The notes below the pieces were generated by a model, which saw only the letters and a program-made list of their open reading frames with translations, was not told the origin of the DNA and ran no database searches. Positions 1-12,784 of a DNA stretch of 64,000 nucleotides are shown piece by piece. The position numbers and the translations under genes are program-made. Source of the DNA: Octopus vulgaris (lineage: Eukaryota). The stretch covers positions 10,540,001 through 10,604,000 of the forward strand of contig OX597818.1 of the NCBI GenBank assembly GCA_951406725.2, in the 5' to 3' direction. Each line of letters starts with the position of its first letter. Within the stretch, counting starts at the first letter, position 1.

Positions 1-255
1 GCACCTTGGGGAATTGTCTTCTACGATAGCCTCGGGCCGACCAATGCCTTGCGAGTGGGTTTCGTTGATGGAAACTAAAAGAAGCCCGTGTGTGTGGTTT
101 GGTATGTTTACGTTCCCATAACTTAGGGGTTCGGCAAAAGGATATCAGGCTTTAGAAAACATAAGTACTGGGCTCGATTTGTTCTACTAAAATTCTACAA
201 GACGGCGCTCCAGCATGGCCGGAGTCTGACTGAAACAAAATAAAAGATAAAAGGC
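1..255 (+). mobile_element. SINE family A copy, 5' end cut by the window edge
   Basis: Matches the body and tail of the complete copy at 51942-52462 (gcaccttggg...gccgacca..gccttg...ggaaactaaaagaagccc...gctccagcatggcc...actgaaac). Confidence 0.85.
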
Positions 256-639
256 GTCTCCAGCAATTAATAGACGCAGTTCATGCATTAATGCTACGTA
301 TGGCTGTGTGTCACACCTGCCGCTTTCATTGTCCATATTGTTTAACACCAGGTAAATTCTGAGCGGTTAGACGTTCTGTAATATTTTATCGTGCCAATCA
401 GTTTCTCAGAATAAATTCACTCGATCTTCATTATTTTATAAGCGGCATGGTCTGATTTGAGAGAAATATAGCTGCTATTTCTAACGAGTCAAGTGACCGT
501 GTAAAGAAGTTTTCATTGGCTCGTGTTGTGTGTTTGATGGGGATTACATAAATAAATCACTGGTTAATAAAATTCATTCACATACGCTCGAATAACTATG
601 AGAAAACATAAGTGTAGATAAGAGAATTGCTAGGTAGTG

Positions 640-1075
640 TAAAGAACGAACGAATCAAAAGAAGGAATCAGATTTAAACAACAAACGAATGAAAATATAA
701 ACAAGAAACTAATCAAATATAGAGAAGGAATCAAATATAGAGAAATAAAATTATAGAAAACGTTTCTATAAAGAACAAACGAATTAAATATAAGAACGAA
801 ATTAAATATAGAGAATGAAAGAAAAAAATATCAAATACATAATTAAATGATGAATTAAATGCTAGAAAAAAATAACGAATCGATATGAAAGACCGAACCA
901 AATATATAACGAAACGACGAATGAAATATATAAGGAAAGAATGAATGAAATGTTTAAGACCGAATCAATATCATGGAACAAGGAATCAAATATACAATGA
1001 GTGAATCAAAGAAAGAAGGGGTGAAATATAAAAGAAAAGAAAAAAATGCCGAGTCAGTACCATGAAAGAACGAAC
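640..1075. repeat. Highly degenerate purine-rich minisatellite, core about GAATCAAATATA
   Basis: Recurrent gaatcaaatata / gaattaaatata / gaatgaaatata words at roughly 17-25 bp spacing. Confidence 0.55.
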
Positions 1076-1291
1076 CATTGCTAAAGACTGGTTTCTTTTT
1101 TATTTATGTATTTATTTTGATTTGCTAGTTTCAGCTCGAGAGCTGCGGCCATGCTAGGGCAATTTATTTTTCTTTTAATTTTATCGTACGTTTAGGTTCA
1201 CATGTCACACAGGACCTCCAGTCAATGTGTTGGGGATAGTTAAGTGCAGTTTTGACTCGTAAGTTGTTGGACGGATGGTATAGCGCAGAGG

Positions 1292-1524
1292 AAGGCGGCG
1301 AGCTAGCAGAAACGTTAGCACGCCGGGCGAAATGCTAAGCGGTATTTCGTTTGTCGCTACGTTCTGAGTTCAAATTCCGCCGAGGTCGACTTTGCCTTTC
1401 ATCTTTTCCGGGTCGATAAATTAAGTACCAGTTACACACTGGAGTCGATATAATCGACTTAATCCGTTTGTCTGTCCTTGTTTGTCCTCTCTGTGTTTAG
1501 CCCCTTGTGTGTAGTAAAGAAATA
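1292..1524 (+). mobile_element. SINE family B, full-length young copy with 15-bp target-site duplication
   Basis: tRNA-like head (ggcggcgagctagcagaa..., B-box-like gagttcaaattcc) and central gcctttcatc..ggtcgataaa domain. Perfect flanking direct repeat ggtatagcgcagagg at 1277-1291 and 1525-1539. Confidence 0.92.
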
Positions 1525-1937
1525 GGTATAGCGCAGAGGTTCTCAATGTAAGCGGTACCGACCCCAGCGGGGTCATGTCGAAGGGAGCGTTAGGCTTTTG
1601 TAAGGGCGGTGAGATAACATTAACATAGTAAATTTTACCAATAGTAGTAATTATATTATACATGACAAAACTACTAATGATTAGTAAAATAAAATCAGGC
1701 ACAGGGAAATCGTTAACTTGGAATGTATAAAGTAACTTTACGACTTTGTCTTTGTAAATTTTATATCATTTCACTGTTGAAAGCTTATACAACCCATTCT
1801 GTCTCTTTTTCTCCGATAAATGGGACAGCCCTGAAATGCTTCCTTTGTCTCCTACCCTACATCTCTACCCAACATGAACTCATCAAATCTGGTGAACACA
1901 CACACACATATATATATATACACACACACACACATAC

Positions 1938-2354
1938 TCTGAGTTCAAATTTTGGCACACGGCCAGCAGTTTCGAGAGCGGGATGGGGGGGGGGGGGGCT
2001 TGTCAATAACATCGACCTCAGTATTCAACTGGTATTTACTTTTACCTATCTCTGAAAAGTTGAAAGGCAAAGTCGACCTCGGCGGAATTTGAACTCAGAA
2101 CGTAACGGCGGACGAAATACCTATTTCTTTACAACCCACAGGGGGCTAAACACAGAGAGGACAAACAAGGACAGACAAACGGATTAAGTCGATTATATCG
2201 ACCCCAGTGCGAAACTGGAACTTCTTTAATCGACCCGGAAATGATGAAAGGCAAAGTCGACCTCGGCAGAATTTGAACTCAGAACGTAACAGCAGACGAA
2301 ATACGGCTGCGCATTTCGCCCGGCGTGCTAACGTTTCAGCCAGCTCGCTGCCTT
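1938..2354 (-). mobile_element. SINE family B composite (full unit 2121-2354 plus a second partial unit with an alternative tail)
   Basis: 2121-2354 is a near-identical reverse complement of 1292-1524. The block aaaggcaaagtcgacctcggc.gaatttgaactcagaacgtaac occurs twice. Confidence 0.9.
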
Positions 2355-2588
2355 TTGTACGCACAAATATTAAACATAAATACATAAGCATACATGCATA
2401 TACATACATATAATATATATACATACATACATATATATACTCACACACGCATACATAGCGGAAACCGCTTATTATTATTATCAAACGATTATTGTTATTA
2501 AAATTAATAGGAGTGAAGCTTATTATGTGTGCTTGAGTAACGATTTTTAATATGATATAGTCAGACATTCATACACACGCATGTGCGA

Positions 2589-2632
<44 letters not shown>

Positions 2633-2959
2633 TTGACGGGATGTGTGTGTGAGCGTGAGGCTGAGCGTAGATTGAAATGTTAATTTCATGCCATGCTAGT
2701 TTGGCCAGTTGTTTAACTTTTATATTAAGTTTGATTGAAAAGATTTCTTCATAGTCAAACCTACCATGACCATCACATCTAAATTTTATTTGTTTATTTA
2801 TTTATTGACAAAATGTCTTTAAATCTAAACAACCCAATATAAACTTGTACATTTTGAAGATGGCAATTTATGATCTCAGGGAGATTTGGCTGCTGTGGAA
2901 ATTGTTTTTAAAGAATAGATTGCGATGTGTGTGTGTGTGTGTGCACGCGTGCGTGCGCG

Positions 2960-3093
2960 TGAGTGCCCTACTATCGCTTGAAAATCGGTGTCAGTTTATT
3001 TACGTCTTTGTAACACTTGCGATTCGACTGAAAGATCGATAGAATAAGCTAGTAGGCTTAAATAAGTATCGGGGACGAATTGTTCCACTAAAC
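2960..3093 (+). mobile_element. SINE family A 3' part, left piece (continues at about 5058-5135)
   Basis: atcgcttga..atcggtg...gatagaataag...ttccactaaa breaks here. The family sequence resumes as aaacccttcaagatggtgctctagc after 5058. Confidence 0.75.
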
Positions 3094-3114
3094 CAGTGTT
3101 TCTCAACCGTTTAT

Positions 3115-4660
3115 TTTACCTATGGACCCTCTACATCCGACTTCGATTGGAAAATGCTCCGCTTTCCAGCCTGCGTCTTTATATTCGTCGAGGAGGTTTA
3201 CATAACGATCAATCTTTCGAGCCCGAGTGACGTCCATGTTATCTTCATGAGGAACCATTAACCCGACTAGATTTACACTCTCTTTCACACCATATGATAT
3301 CCGGCTTCTTCGTAACTGGGATGGGAAAGAATCCTTGATACCCTGGTAAATCCGCAGCCACCTTTCAATAGCCGTTCCACTTTTCATCGCTCACAGGAAG
3401 TTTGTTGTTCTTGAAAAGGATCCGCTGTCCTGAGCGCATGAAGTTAAGTAAATCTCCGGTTGGCTCTTTCAATGGTTTTTTGCCACTATTGATGAGAGCA
3501 ATTTGGTTCTTTATAACATTAAAGATAACCTTAAGGACCAGGTTGTGTTTCCATGTGTGTCTATTCAATGCCAGTGAAAAGTTGGAAAGAATATGTTTTA
3601 TTCTTTTTCGCATCTGCATACATAATTTTCTGAGACGCTCCATCTTACTAGATTTGTAGGTGATGGCAAGACACCGTAGGATGAACGAATCAGAAGCCGT
3701 GATGTAGTCCACCTCTCTATCTCATTCCAACTTATTTTCTCTCAGCAACATGTTCCCCCCATTTCGTCATCTGTCCGTCTTGAGCGCATTGGATCAAATG
3801 AAGTTCTCTTTGTTTCCCTTGCTAATAACAGACCTGCGTTCGCTCTACATCATGCTTGCAAACGGCCTGGACCGATCTACGCCAAATCCAAGTCCCTTCC
3901 GATGAAGCTGTGTTGCACCCACCATGTCTCGGTGGATAAGTGAAGACAAGATGTCATCAGTCTCTGTTTCTGCTTTCCATTTCCTGGCTCTTTTTATATT
4001 TGGTGGATTACGCCTGATTTCTATATTCTTCGACTCTCTCAGCTTCATCAGCGTTCGTACCTTCCCCAGTTTATAAATTTCGACAATTGACGCCAGTGGT
4101 AACTACAACGAGCCTCTCTTATGATAGAGAGCTTAACTGTTTAATATCCGAGGTAGGCCTACATTACACTTTTGTTCAATGATTTGAACTTGTGACTGTG
4201 CCATCTCGTATATTAGAAGTGGCCACGAAAGGCGTGAATACAAGCCGAACTGTAAGCACCATATTTTATATTTACCTGGTAGCTTTGAGCTATCCATGGC
4301 TGTTAACCCATCCTTGGCTTGTTTCATATTTTGCATCCTGCGACTCCTATCTATCAATGTTCCAGTGTATACACACCCCAAGCCCTTAACGGGTTCTTCC
4401 TTGACTGTCGGAATGCTTTCTTCTGTTATTTTAAACTTTTTTTGCACTCCCTAAATAAATGTCAAACTACGTGACTTTTTTGCCCTGAATCGCATCCTTG
4501 ACCACTTCACAAGCTCGTCTAGCCTCAAGTGGGCACTCTGCATAATTTGCTTGCCTGTCGACAGGAGTGTCACTTCATCCTTGAAAACCTTCTTAGGTGA
4601 TTGTACATGGGCGATTTGTTCCGAAAAGTCCGCTGCTTTCAAAATCATCTCCATGACAAA
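3115..4660 (-). pseudogene. Decayed RLE-type non-LTR retrotransposon fragment (HERO/NeSL-like): RT C-terminal part, CCHC region, restriction-like endonuclease
   Basis: Colinear broken ORFs: FKDEVTL (degenerate RT catalytic FMDD), LPGKYKIWCLQFGL, RKWKA...HRDMVGATQ..RKGLG, HILSN..LALNRHTWKHNLVL, then LMVPHEDN...RKIDRY..L..EYKDAGWKA.HFPIEVGCRG. These motifs are characteristic of HERO-clade elements. Several frameshifts and stops. Confidence 0.9.
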
Positions 4661-4705
4661 ATGATTTTAAAAACGTCATTTTATATTTTTATAATCAAAT
4701 ATTAT

Positions 4706-4905
4706 TGATTTCAAATTTAGGACAAAGGCAAGCAATTTAGGGGGAGGGGTAAGTCGATTACATCGACCCCAGTGCTCGACTGATACTTATTTCATCGACC
4801 CCGAAAAGATTAAAGACAAAGTCTACCTTGACCGAATTTGAGCTCGGAACACGACGATGGGGGAAATGCTGCTAATCATTTTGCCAAGTGTACTAACGAT
4901 TCTGA
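4706..4905 (-). mobile_element. SINE family B, diverged copy inside the MITE
   Basis: aagtcgattacatcgaccccagt...atcgaccccgaaaagattaaagacaaagtc matches the family B reverse complement. Confidence 0.8.
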
Positions 4906-5593
4906 GAGCGAAACGAAGACAAATGAACATATTTTGTGTCTTGTAGAAGTGAAACCAATTTATTGCAGATAAATTTTAACAACAAAATCTTACATGCCAC
5001 CACCATCACCACCACCGTCACAAGGGCTGTATTGACCCCAGTTGAGAACCATTAGGCTTAAACCCTTCAAGATGGTGCTCTAGCCTGGGCGCAGTTCAAT
5101 GCTGAAACATGTAAATGATGAAATAGAATGAAATAAAATGCTTCTCAAACTGCTAACGAAGATGTTGTGTGCGACGTGGAAGCTGTGTAGTGGTGGTGGT
5201 AGTGGTGGTGGTGGTGGTGGGTCTTAGATATGGTGTCGGCGGATGCAGATGTCTTTGTGTGATATTGCAATGATGTAAGACTGAACAAAAATGACGTCGA
5301 ATTAACTTCAAACAGTGAACTATAAAGGTCAACCGGTGCAACAACAGCGACGACGAAGACGGCGTTGGTGATGACAACGACGGTAACGACGACAATTGCA
5401 GACTTTCAAAGACAATGTTTTGTTTGGCGCGTGACAGGAACATGATGATGATGATGATAGAGCAGAGTTTATAAAGACGTAGGTGGGAGCAATGATGAGG
5501 CGGAGGGTGAGGAGAGAGTAATGCTGATGTTAGCATCGTTGTTGTCGTCAGTGACGATGGTGGTCGATTTATGTTTGTCTCTATTTCACTCTT

Positions 5594-5626
<33 letters not shown>

Positions 5627-5984
5627 GTCTCTCTTTCTGTCTATGCACCCCATGCCGCTCTCTCTTTCTCTCTTGCCCTCTCTCTCTCTCTCTCTTTCTC
5701 TCTATCTATCTATCTCCTTTCAAACCTCTTCGCCATTTGCTTTCGCTCTCCAACACATACACGCACGCAAACACACGCTATAACATTGAGTACAAGACAG
5801 GTATGTATGCGCAATAAACATACGTACATATACAAGCACACGTAAGCATATACTATGATATCGACATGTTTATACACGTCATACATGTATGTATTTTTGT
5901 TGATATCTTCGTGTATGTAGTTAGACAGAGAGACAGATAAGAGGGAGAGGCAGAGACGGAGGCAGAGACAGAGGCAGACATGCA

Positions 5985-6024
<40 letters not shown>

Positions 6025-6338
6025 GTCTTTAGAGCATCGAATTGAATGTATTTTGGTAATCGTTACGGCTCTGCGTTGTAAGTTCAAATCCTGTCAAGAT
6101 CAGCTTTGCCATTCATCCTTATAGAGTATGGAAAAACAGGGTACCGGTCCTATACTGGGATCGATGGATCGATTCTTCTCTCTTCTAATTCCTTCTGTCT
6201 GTCTGTCAGTCAGTCCGTCTCTCAGTCAGACTGTTTGTTTGCCTGTCTATTTCTCTCCTGAAACAAGACGATGAATTGGCTCCACTAGTTGCTATAATGT
6301 CCATCCCAATGAGTTAAGGCCCAATGACATCACACACA

Positions 6339-6407
<69 letters not shown>

Positions 6408-6429
6408 CCTCACACATACACACACAAAC

Positions 6430-6497
6430 CGTGTGGAGTTGAGGTCCGAGGAAAGCATTCTGGAATGGGCCCGCGATTTTGAAGGAAACTGCTCTCA
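6430..6497 (-). CDS. Candidate 68-nt internal exon of an unidentified gene
   Basis: GC-richer unique island between microsatellites. Acceptor ttctttactggtatcctctaaccag|T and donor ACG|gtttgt. Two frames are open (ESSFLQNRGPIPECFPRTSTPH or RAVSFKIAGPFQNAFLGPQLHT). No recognisable homology. Confidence 0.35.
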
Positions 6498-7277
6498 CTG
6501 GTTAGAGGATACCAGTAAAGAATTACCGATCTCTCGTTCTTTATAGTATTTAGTAAGTACATCGCGCGCGCGTGTGTGTGTGTGTGTGTGTGTGTGTGCA
6601 TTACCATATCTCATCCGAAAGCTGTGTATATTTAGCACTGATTAAAATATTTCGTAAGTAGTTTGACATGAGGCATACATTTCACATTTACCCTGGGCCT
6701 ATTGCTTTGCTTTGGACGGGTCTGCTGTATGTGTGTGGCGATGTGGAGATGACGCTGAAGATATATGTGTGTGTGTATGTATGCATGTACACATACACAC
6801 ACAGAGAGAAAAAGAGAGACATACAGGCAGGCAGGCAAGCAGGCAGACAGACAGAAGCTTTTATTATACCAATTTCAGTCAATGTGCACATTGAACGTAA
6901 TTGAAATAGTAAGCTACGCAAGCTGTGTTTAGTTCCAGGTCATCTCCGATCAAGCAGTCGTGGCCATCATTATTTAGTTTTATTATAGCGATATTTGCTG
7001 CTATGTTTAGCAAATCGGGCTGCCATATAGGTGTTACGCCATTAACTCACATGTCACTGAGACACAAGTTATTGCTGTTGTTGTTGTTTAGTTTCTAGTC
7101 AGCCTTGTTCGAATAGACCTATAATATATGATCATCGCCTTCCTCCCTGTACTTATATACCAAGGACTGAAGAATCTAGTGTGTCTTGTAAGACCGGAGA
7201 TTTGGTGCAAGATTTGGTGATTATTTCTATAAGGCACAAAGATCACCCGAGACTGGCCTTGATAGATGCTGGCTTTT

Positions 7278-7478
7278 GTTGTTGTTGTGTCCAAGGTCGA
7301 TTTTGATGATGCAGACATATGATTCCAACTGTGACCATTCCACCTTTTTTTATGCGGGATGGGCCTACATTATTCAAAGTGTTCAATTATCCTTTTTAAG
7401 AGTGTAGGTTGGGATTTGAGTATGTTGTAGCTATTTCCAGCAGGTCGAGGGACTACGCAAAGCTTCCCTCTCTGGCTT
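7278..7478 (+). mobile_element. Ancient dispersed repeat (family D), representative copy
   Basis: The motifs ...cattcca.c.gtgaccat...gatttgag.gagatttggctgctatttctagcaggtcgag recur, heavily decayed, near 450, 2870, 6930, 9150, 9290, 13650, 14640, 16040, 29040, 32530, 33220, 42530, 45800, 48900-49300 and 60100-60780. Confidence 0.7.
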
Positions 7479-8632
7479 TTTGATGGCGGAAATTTTATGT
7501 TGTTATTGTTGCTTAACCACATCTCGATGCTAATCTATCAGATCAATGATTAAAAGCATTCCAGCCCGTGACTATCCCGTCTGATGATGTAGCAGCTAAC
7601 ATAATCACCTTTCTACTATTCTTTTTCTCTTTTTTCTTCTTAATTTTTCATTTCAAATCTGTCCCTAAACATCCAAAAGCCTCCTCTTTCACTACCTCTC
7701 TCTTTTACTCTGTGTCTCCCTCCCTAACCTCTCTTTTTGTCTCTCTCTCTTTCTCTCTTTCTCTCTCTCTCTTTCCCCCTGTCTCTCTCTCTCTCCCTGT
7801 ATCCTTCCCTTCCCCTTTCTCCTTATCTGTCTCCGTCCCTCTCTTTCTGTCGCTCTCTCACCCTCCCTTCTCTCTCTTCCTCTCTCTCTCATGAGTATTC
7901 ACTCACACTTATCCGTACATTCGAAGAAACAAACACTGAGATATTCACACACATACATACATACGCTCATGCATACAGTTACATACACATGCATACACAT
8001 GCACATACTTCCACAATGCATACACACACAAATGAGACGCAAATAATACCACACAAGCACACTCACATAAACATTTACATATAAATACACACAATCACAC
8101 TACACACACACACACACACGCATACACACTTACACACACATAACCTCGCGCATATGTACACGCCTACCTCTATATATACACATATACACACATACGCAGA
8201 TCCGCCTACATTGGCCCCGCTTGTTTACCAAATCTCAACAGCACGGACACACAGACACAAGTTCAAGCCTTTCTCACAGTCACCTTATCATCACAGCGCC
8301 TTCTATCCCGCACCACCTCACCCCGCCACCATACTCACCATTACACACACGCTCAATAGGCACGTACGCGCACTCACGCCCCCCCACACACACACACATA
8401 CACTCACACACCCACACCCACACGCACCCACACACCCGCACACACACATACATGCAATTTCGTTCAGAAAATACTCCACTTACACAGAGACAATATTATT
8501 ATAACCATATTACATAAGCACACACACACGCATACAAGTACAAACACTCACACACATACATGCATACACACACACACACTCACACACACACACACAAGGA
8601 AGCTAGCAATTGTTTTAAAATAAATCAGTACT

Positions 8633-8950
8633 ACGATGGTGATGATGACGATGATGACGACGATGATGATGATGACGATAGTGATGATGATAATGATCAT
8701 CATCATCATAATCATCATCAAGATAGTGATGATGATAACGATGTCGACGACAACGACGATGATCATGTTGATGGTGATGATGATGATCAGCATCGCCATT
8801 ATTGTCGTTACCGTCACCCCCACCGCACCACCACCACCACAAATGAAAAGGACGAAAACAAAGATGACACATTGACGTGATATATTTAATTGATGGCAGA
8901 CAATCAGGAAACGGACGACAACGACGACGACGACGAAGACGACAACGGTG
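8633..8950. repeat. Low-complexity (GAT/GAC/CAT/CAC)n trinucleotide mosaic
   Basis: Direct reading. It produces spurious D/H/M/I-rich ORFs. Confidence 0.9.
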
Positions 8951-9436
8951 AACAAGCGTCAAGTAACATACAACCTATTACGTACACTTACGTATTGCAC
9001 AACACACACAGACATACTACACAATGCAAAATACGAATGCACATAAGCATACACACGCGCATGCACACCAACACACACTCTCACACATGCATGCACCGTA
9101 CACTTCATAAGCGACTCAATGAGGAAAAAAACTGCAGTTAAACTGTTTGAAACAGCAGTCACATCTCCCTCAAGTCATACCCTGCCGTCTCACAAACAAG
9201 GAAAGAATGAATTGGGTTCGCATGTTTATAGTTAAGGACATAACGTTAAAAACAAAATTAAGAGGAGCAATTCACGCTCGACATACTAGAGACAGCAGCT
9301 TAAATCTCCCTCAGATCACAACTCCTATACAAGTTTAAGGAAAATGGCACAATAGTCGGAGATCCATTGCTCGAGAAATATACAAGAAAGTATAGTCACA
9401 CTGGAATGTCTCAGATAGTAGGTCTGCCTTTTGTCG

Positions 9437-9630
9437 TTTACTTGTTTCGGTCAGTTGACTGTGGCCTTGCTGGAGCACCACCTTCAAGGATTTTAGTCGA
9501 ACAAATCGACCCCAGGACTACTTTTCTATTTTTTTTTAAGCCAAGTATTTATTGGCCGAACCGCTAGCTCACGGGAAAGTAAACGAACCAACACTGTTGT
9601 CATGCGATGGTGGGACACAAACACACACAC

Positions 9631-9675
<45 letters not shown>

Positions 9676-9736
9676 AATATATATATATATACATATATAT
9701 ACATATATATATATATACATATATATATAAACACAC

Positions 9737-9803
<67 letters not shown>

Positions 9804-9978
9804 CACACACACGCACTCACATGATGGGCTTCTTTCAGTTTCCTTCTGCCAAATCCACTCGCAAGGTTTTAGTCGGCCCGGGGCTATAGTAGAAGACACT
9901 TGTCCAACAACCACTCAATGGGACTGAACCTGGAATCATGGTTGTGAAGCAAGCTTCTTATAACACAGCACACGCCTG
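9437..9978 (-). mobile_element. SINE family A with about 200 bp internal (CA)/(TA) microsatellite
   Basis: Reverse complement of family A from tail (cttgtttcggtcagttgactgtggcc) to head (gggactgaacc...cacagc). Confidence 0.9.
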
Positions 9979-11294
9979 TTTTTTGGGGGGTTTTTTTATG
10001 GTGGGGGGGGGGGAGCTTTTTGCTTTTTAATATTTTTTTACTTTGATCATTTTCGTTGTATTGTTTATTGTTTTGTCTTCCCGAGCTGACACGAAGCTAA
10101 ACAACTGTCATTTGTTTCCCTTATCGTCCATTTTTGGTTGGATGTTTATTTGAATGTTGGATTTTTGGCCAAATACTTTTCATCCAGATCGTTGTGTTTG
10201 TTAAGCTACCATCCACTCCAGGAGAAAATAAATCACTTAGCTAATACCATATTTTACTGTATTTTGCAGTAATTGTCTGTGGAGGGGAGATATTGCGGAG
10301 GCAAGGAAATGTCTAGCACTGCACGTGCACAGCTTATACGCCGAGGAAAATACAAATCCACACACACACACACACACACACGCGCACACACACATGCACA
10401 CACAGTGGGGTGGGAAAGACAAACACAGACACAAAGACACACACATAAAAACAGACACGCAAACACGCGCACGCGAACCACATACACACTCAGACACCGC
10501 ACACATACACACACACGTACATACGTGTGTTACTCGCTGCGTTTCCATACATACATACATACATACATACATACATACATACATACATACACAAGCATAC
10601 ACGTATAACAAGCATGGACGTACATACACATGGGCAAAATATGGCTCAACTTGGGATCTTGAGCAGAGAACGCTGAACCTTAATTCAAATGCTACAAATG
10701 GGCACAATATCTGGCACAATAAAAATCTGCAAGACCTTCTTAAGATTTAAAGGATGATGAACGAATCAAGATGCTTTCCTCCACAACCTTGGTACCAAGT
10801 AACAGGCTGATCAAAATTTACTCTAAATTAAAAAGAGAACCAAGAACATACGTACATAGATACATACATATGTACATATATACATACGTACATACATGCA
10901 TACATACTCAACAAACGTCTTTGTGTGAAGATGAAAGACAACTAAGTCCTCTTATTTACAAGTGATTCGTTCATTTATCTTTTTATACGAAGATAAAATT
11001 GTTTTGTTTATGTTATGCTAAAGAAGATTACTAAGCCACACTCTTATTAATCAAAGATACGCTTACACACACTCATACACGCACACATGCATATATAAAG
11101 GAACCGGATAAACGGACAGGTAAAGAGATATGTTTACGTGCGCACATATAATTATACATACATGCACGCAAGCCGTCGTCAACATCTATAGAAACATACG
11201 AGCGAACCAAATATAGGGATATGTTCAGGAAAATATGTCACATCATATTTACACTCTATGGTGTGATGCAAGCATATATACTTAATTGCGCATG

Positions 11295-11356
11295 CATACA
11301 TACATACATACATACAAACATACAAACATACATACATACAAACATACATACATACA

Positions 11357-11390
<34 letters not shown>

Positions 11391-11436
11391 CATATATACA
11401 TACATACATACATACATACATACATACATACATACA

Positions 11437-11468
<32 letters not shown>

Positions 11469-11694
11469 CATACATACATACATACATACATACATACATA
11501 CATACATACATACATACATACATACAAACATACATACATACATACATACATACATACATACATACATACATACATACATACATACATACATACATACAAA
11601 CATACATACATACATACATACATACATACATACATACATACAAACATACATACATACATACATACATACATACATACATACATACATACATACA

Positions 11695-11726
<32 letters not shown>

Positions 11727-11804
11727 CATACATACATACATACATACATACATACATACATACATACATACATACATACATACATACATACATACATACA
11801 TACA

Positions 11805-11838
<34 letters not shown>

Positions 11839-11860
11839 CATACATACATACATACATACA

Positions 11861-11894
<34 letters not shown>

Positions 11895-11936
11895 CATACA
11901 TACATACATACATACATACATACATACATACATACA

Positions 11937-11970
<34 letters not shown>

Positions 11971-11980
11971 CATACATACA

Positions 11981-12012
<32 letters not shown>

Positions 12013-12050
12013 CATACATACATATATACATACATACATACATACATACA

Positions 12051-12084
<34 letters not shown>

Positions 12085-12118
12085 CATACATACATACATA
12101 CATACATACATACATACA

Positions 12119-12152
<34 letters not shown>

Positions 12153-12703
12153 CATACATACATACATACATACATACATACATACATACATACATACATA
12201 CATACATACATACATACATACATACATACATACATACATACATACATACATACATACATACATACATACATACATACATACATACATACATACATACATA
12301 CATACATACATACATACATACATACATACATACATACATACATACATACATACATACATACATACATACATACATACATACATACATACATACATACATA
12401 CATACATACATACATACATACATACATACATACATACATACATACATACATACATACATACATACATACATACATACATACATACATACATACATACATA
12501 CATACATACATACATACATACATACATACATACATACATACATACATACATACATACATACATACATACATACATACATACATACATACATACATACATA
12601 CATACATACATACATACATACATACATACATACATACATACATACATACATACATACATACATACATACATACATACATACATACATACATACATACATA
12701 CAT
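11295..12703. repeat. About 1.4 kb (TACA)n tetranucleotide array
   Basis: Direct reading. Interruptions (caaa, tata) lie in the first ~850 bp; the last ~550 bp are pure. Confidence 0.99.
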
Positions 12704-12784
12704 AAATGCATGCAGGCATATAATTGCTTTATCTTGTCAGATGAAAGCCATTTGATGAGACATGTGTATATCATTCGATTATCG

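Larger units (their letters stand above)
3094..5054 (+). mobile_element. hAT-type MITE expanded by nested insertions
   Basis: Left TIR cagtgtttctcaacc (3094) and right TIR gttgagaaccatta (5041-5054). The left flank resembles the MITE at 49790; the right flank is homologous to 41430-41549. Confidence 0.7.

Noticed and set aside
8548-8962. Asp/His-rich ORF resembling an acidic biomineral protein
   Set aside because: Starts in (CA)n, has no signal peptide or splice signals, and the same triplet mosaic occurs throughout the window.
10745-10822. Strong minus-strand acceptor followed by VNFDQPVTWYQGCGGKHLDSFIIL*
   Set aside because: No convincing donor and an early stop; insufficient support.
11179-12774. 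470-530 aa ORFs in several frames
   Set aside because: Translation of (TACA)n, which has no stop codons; not genes.
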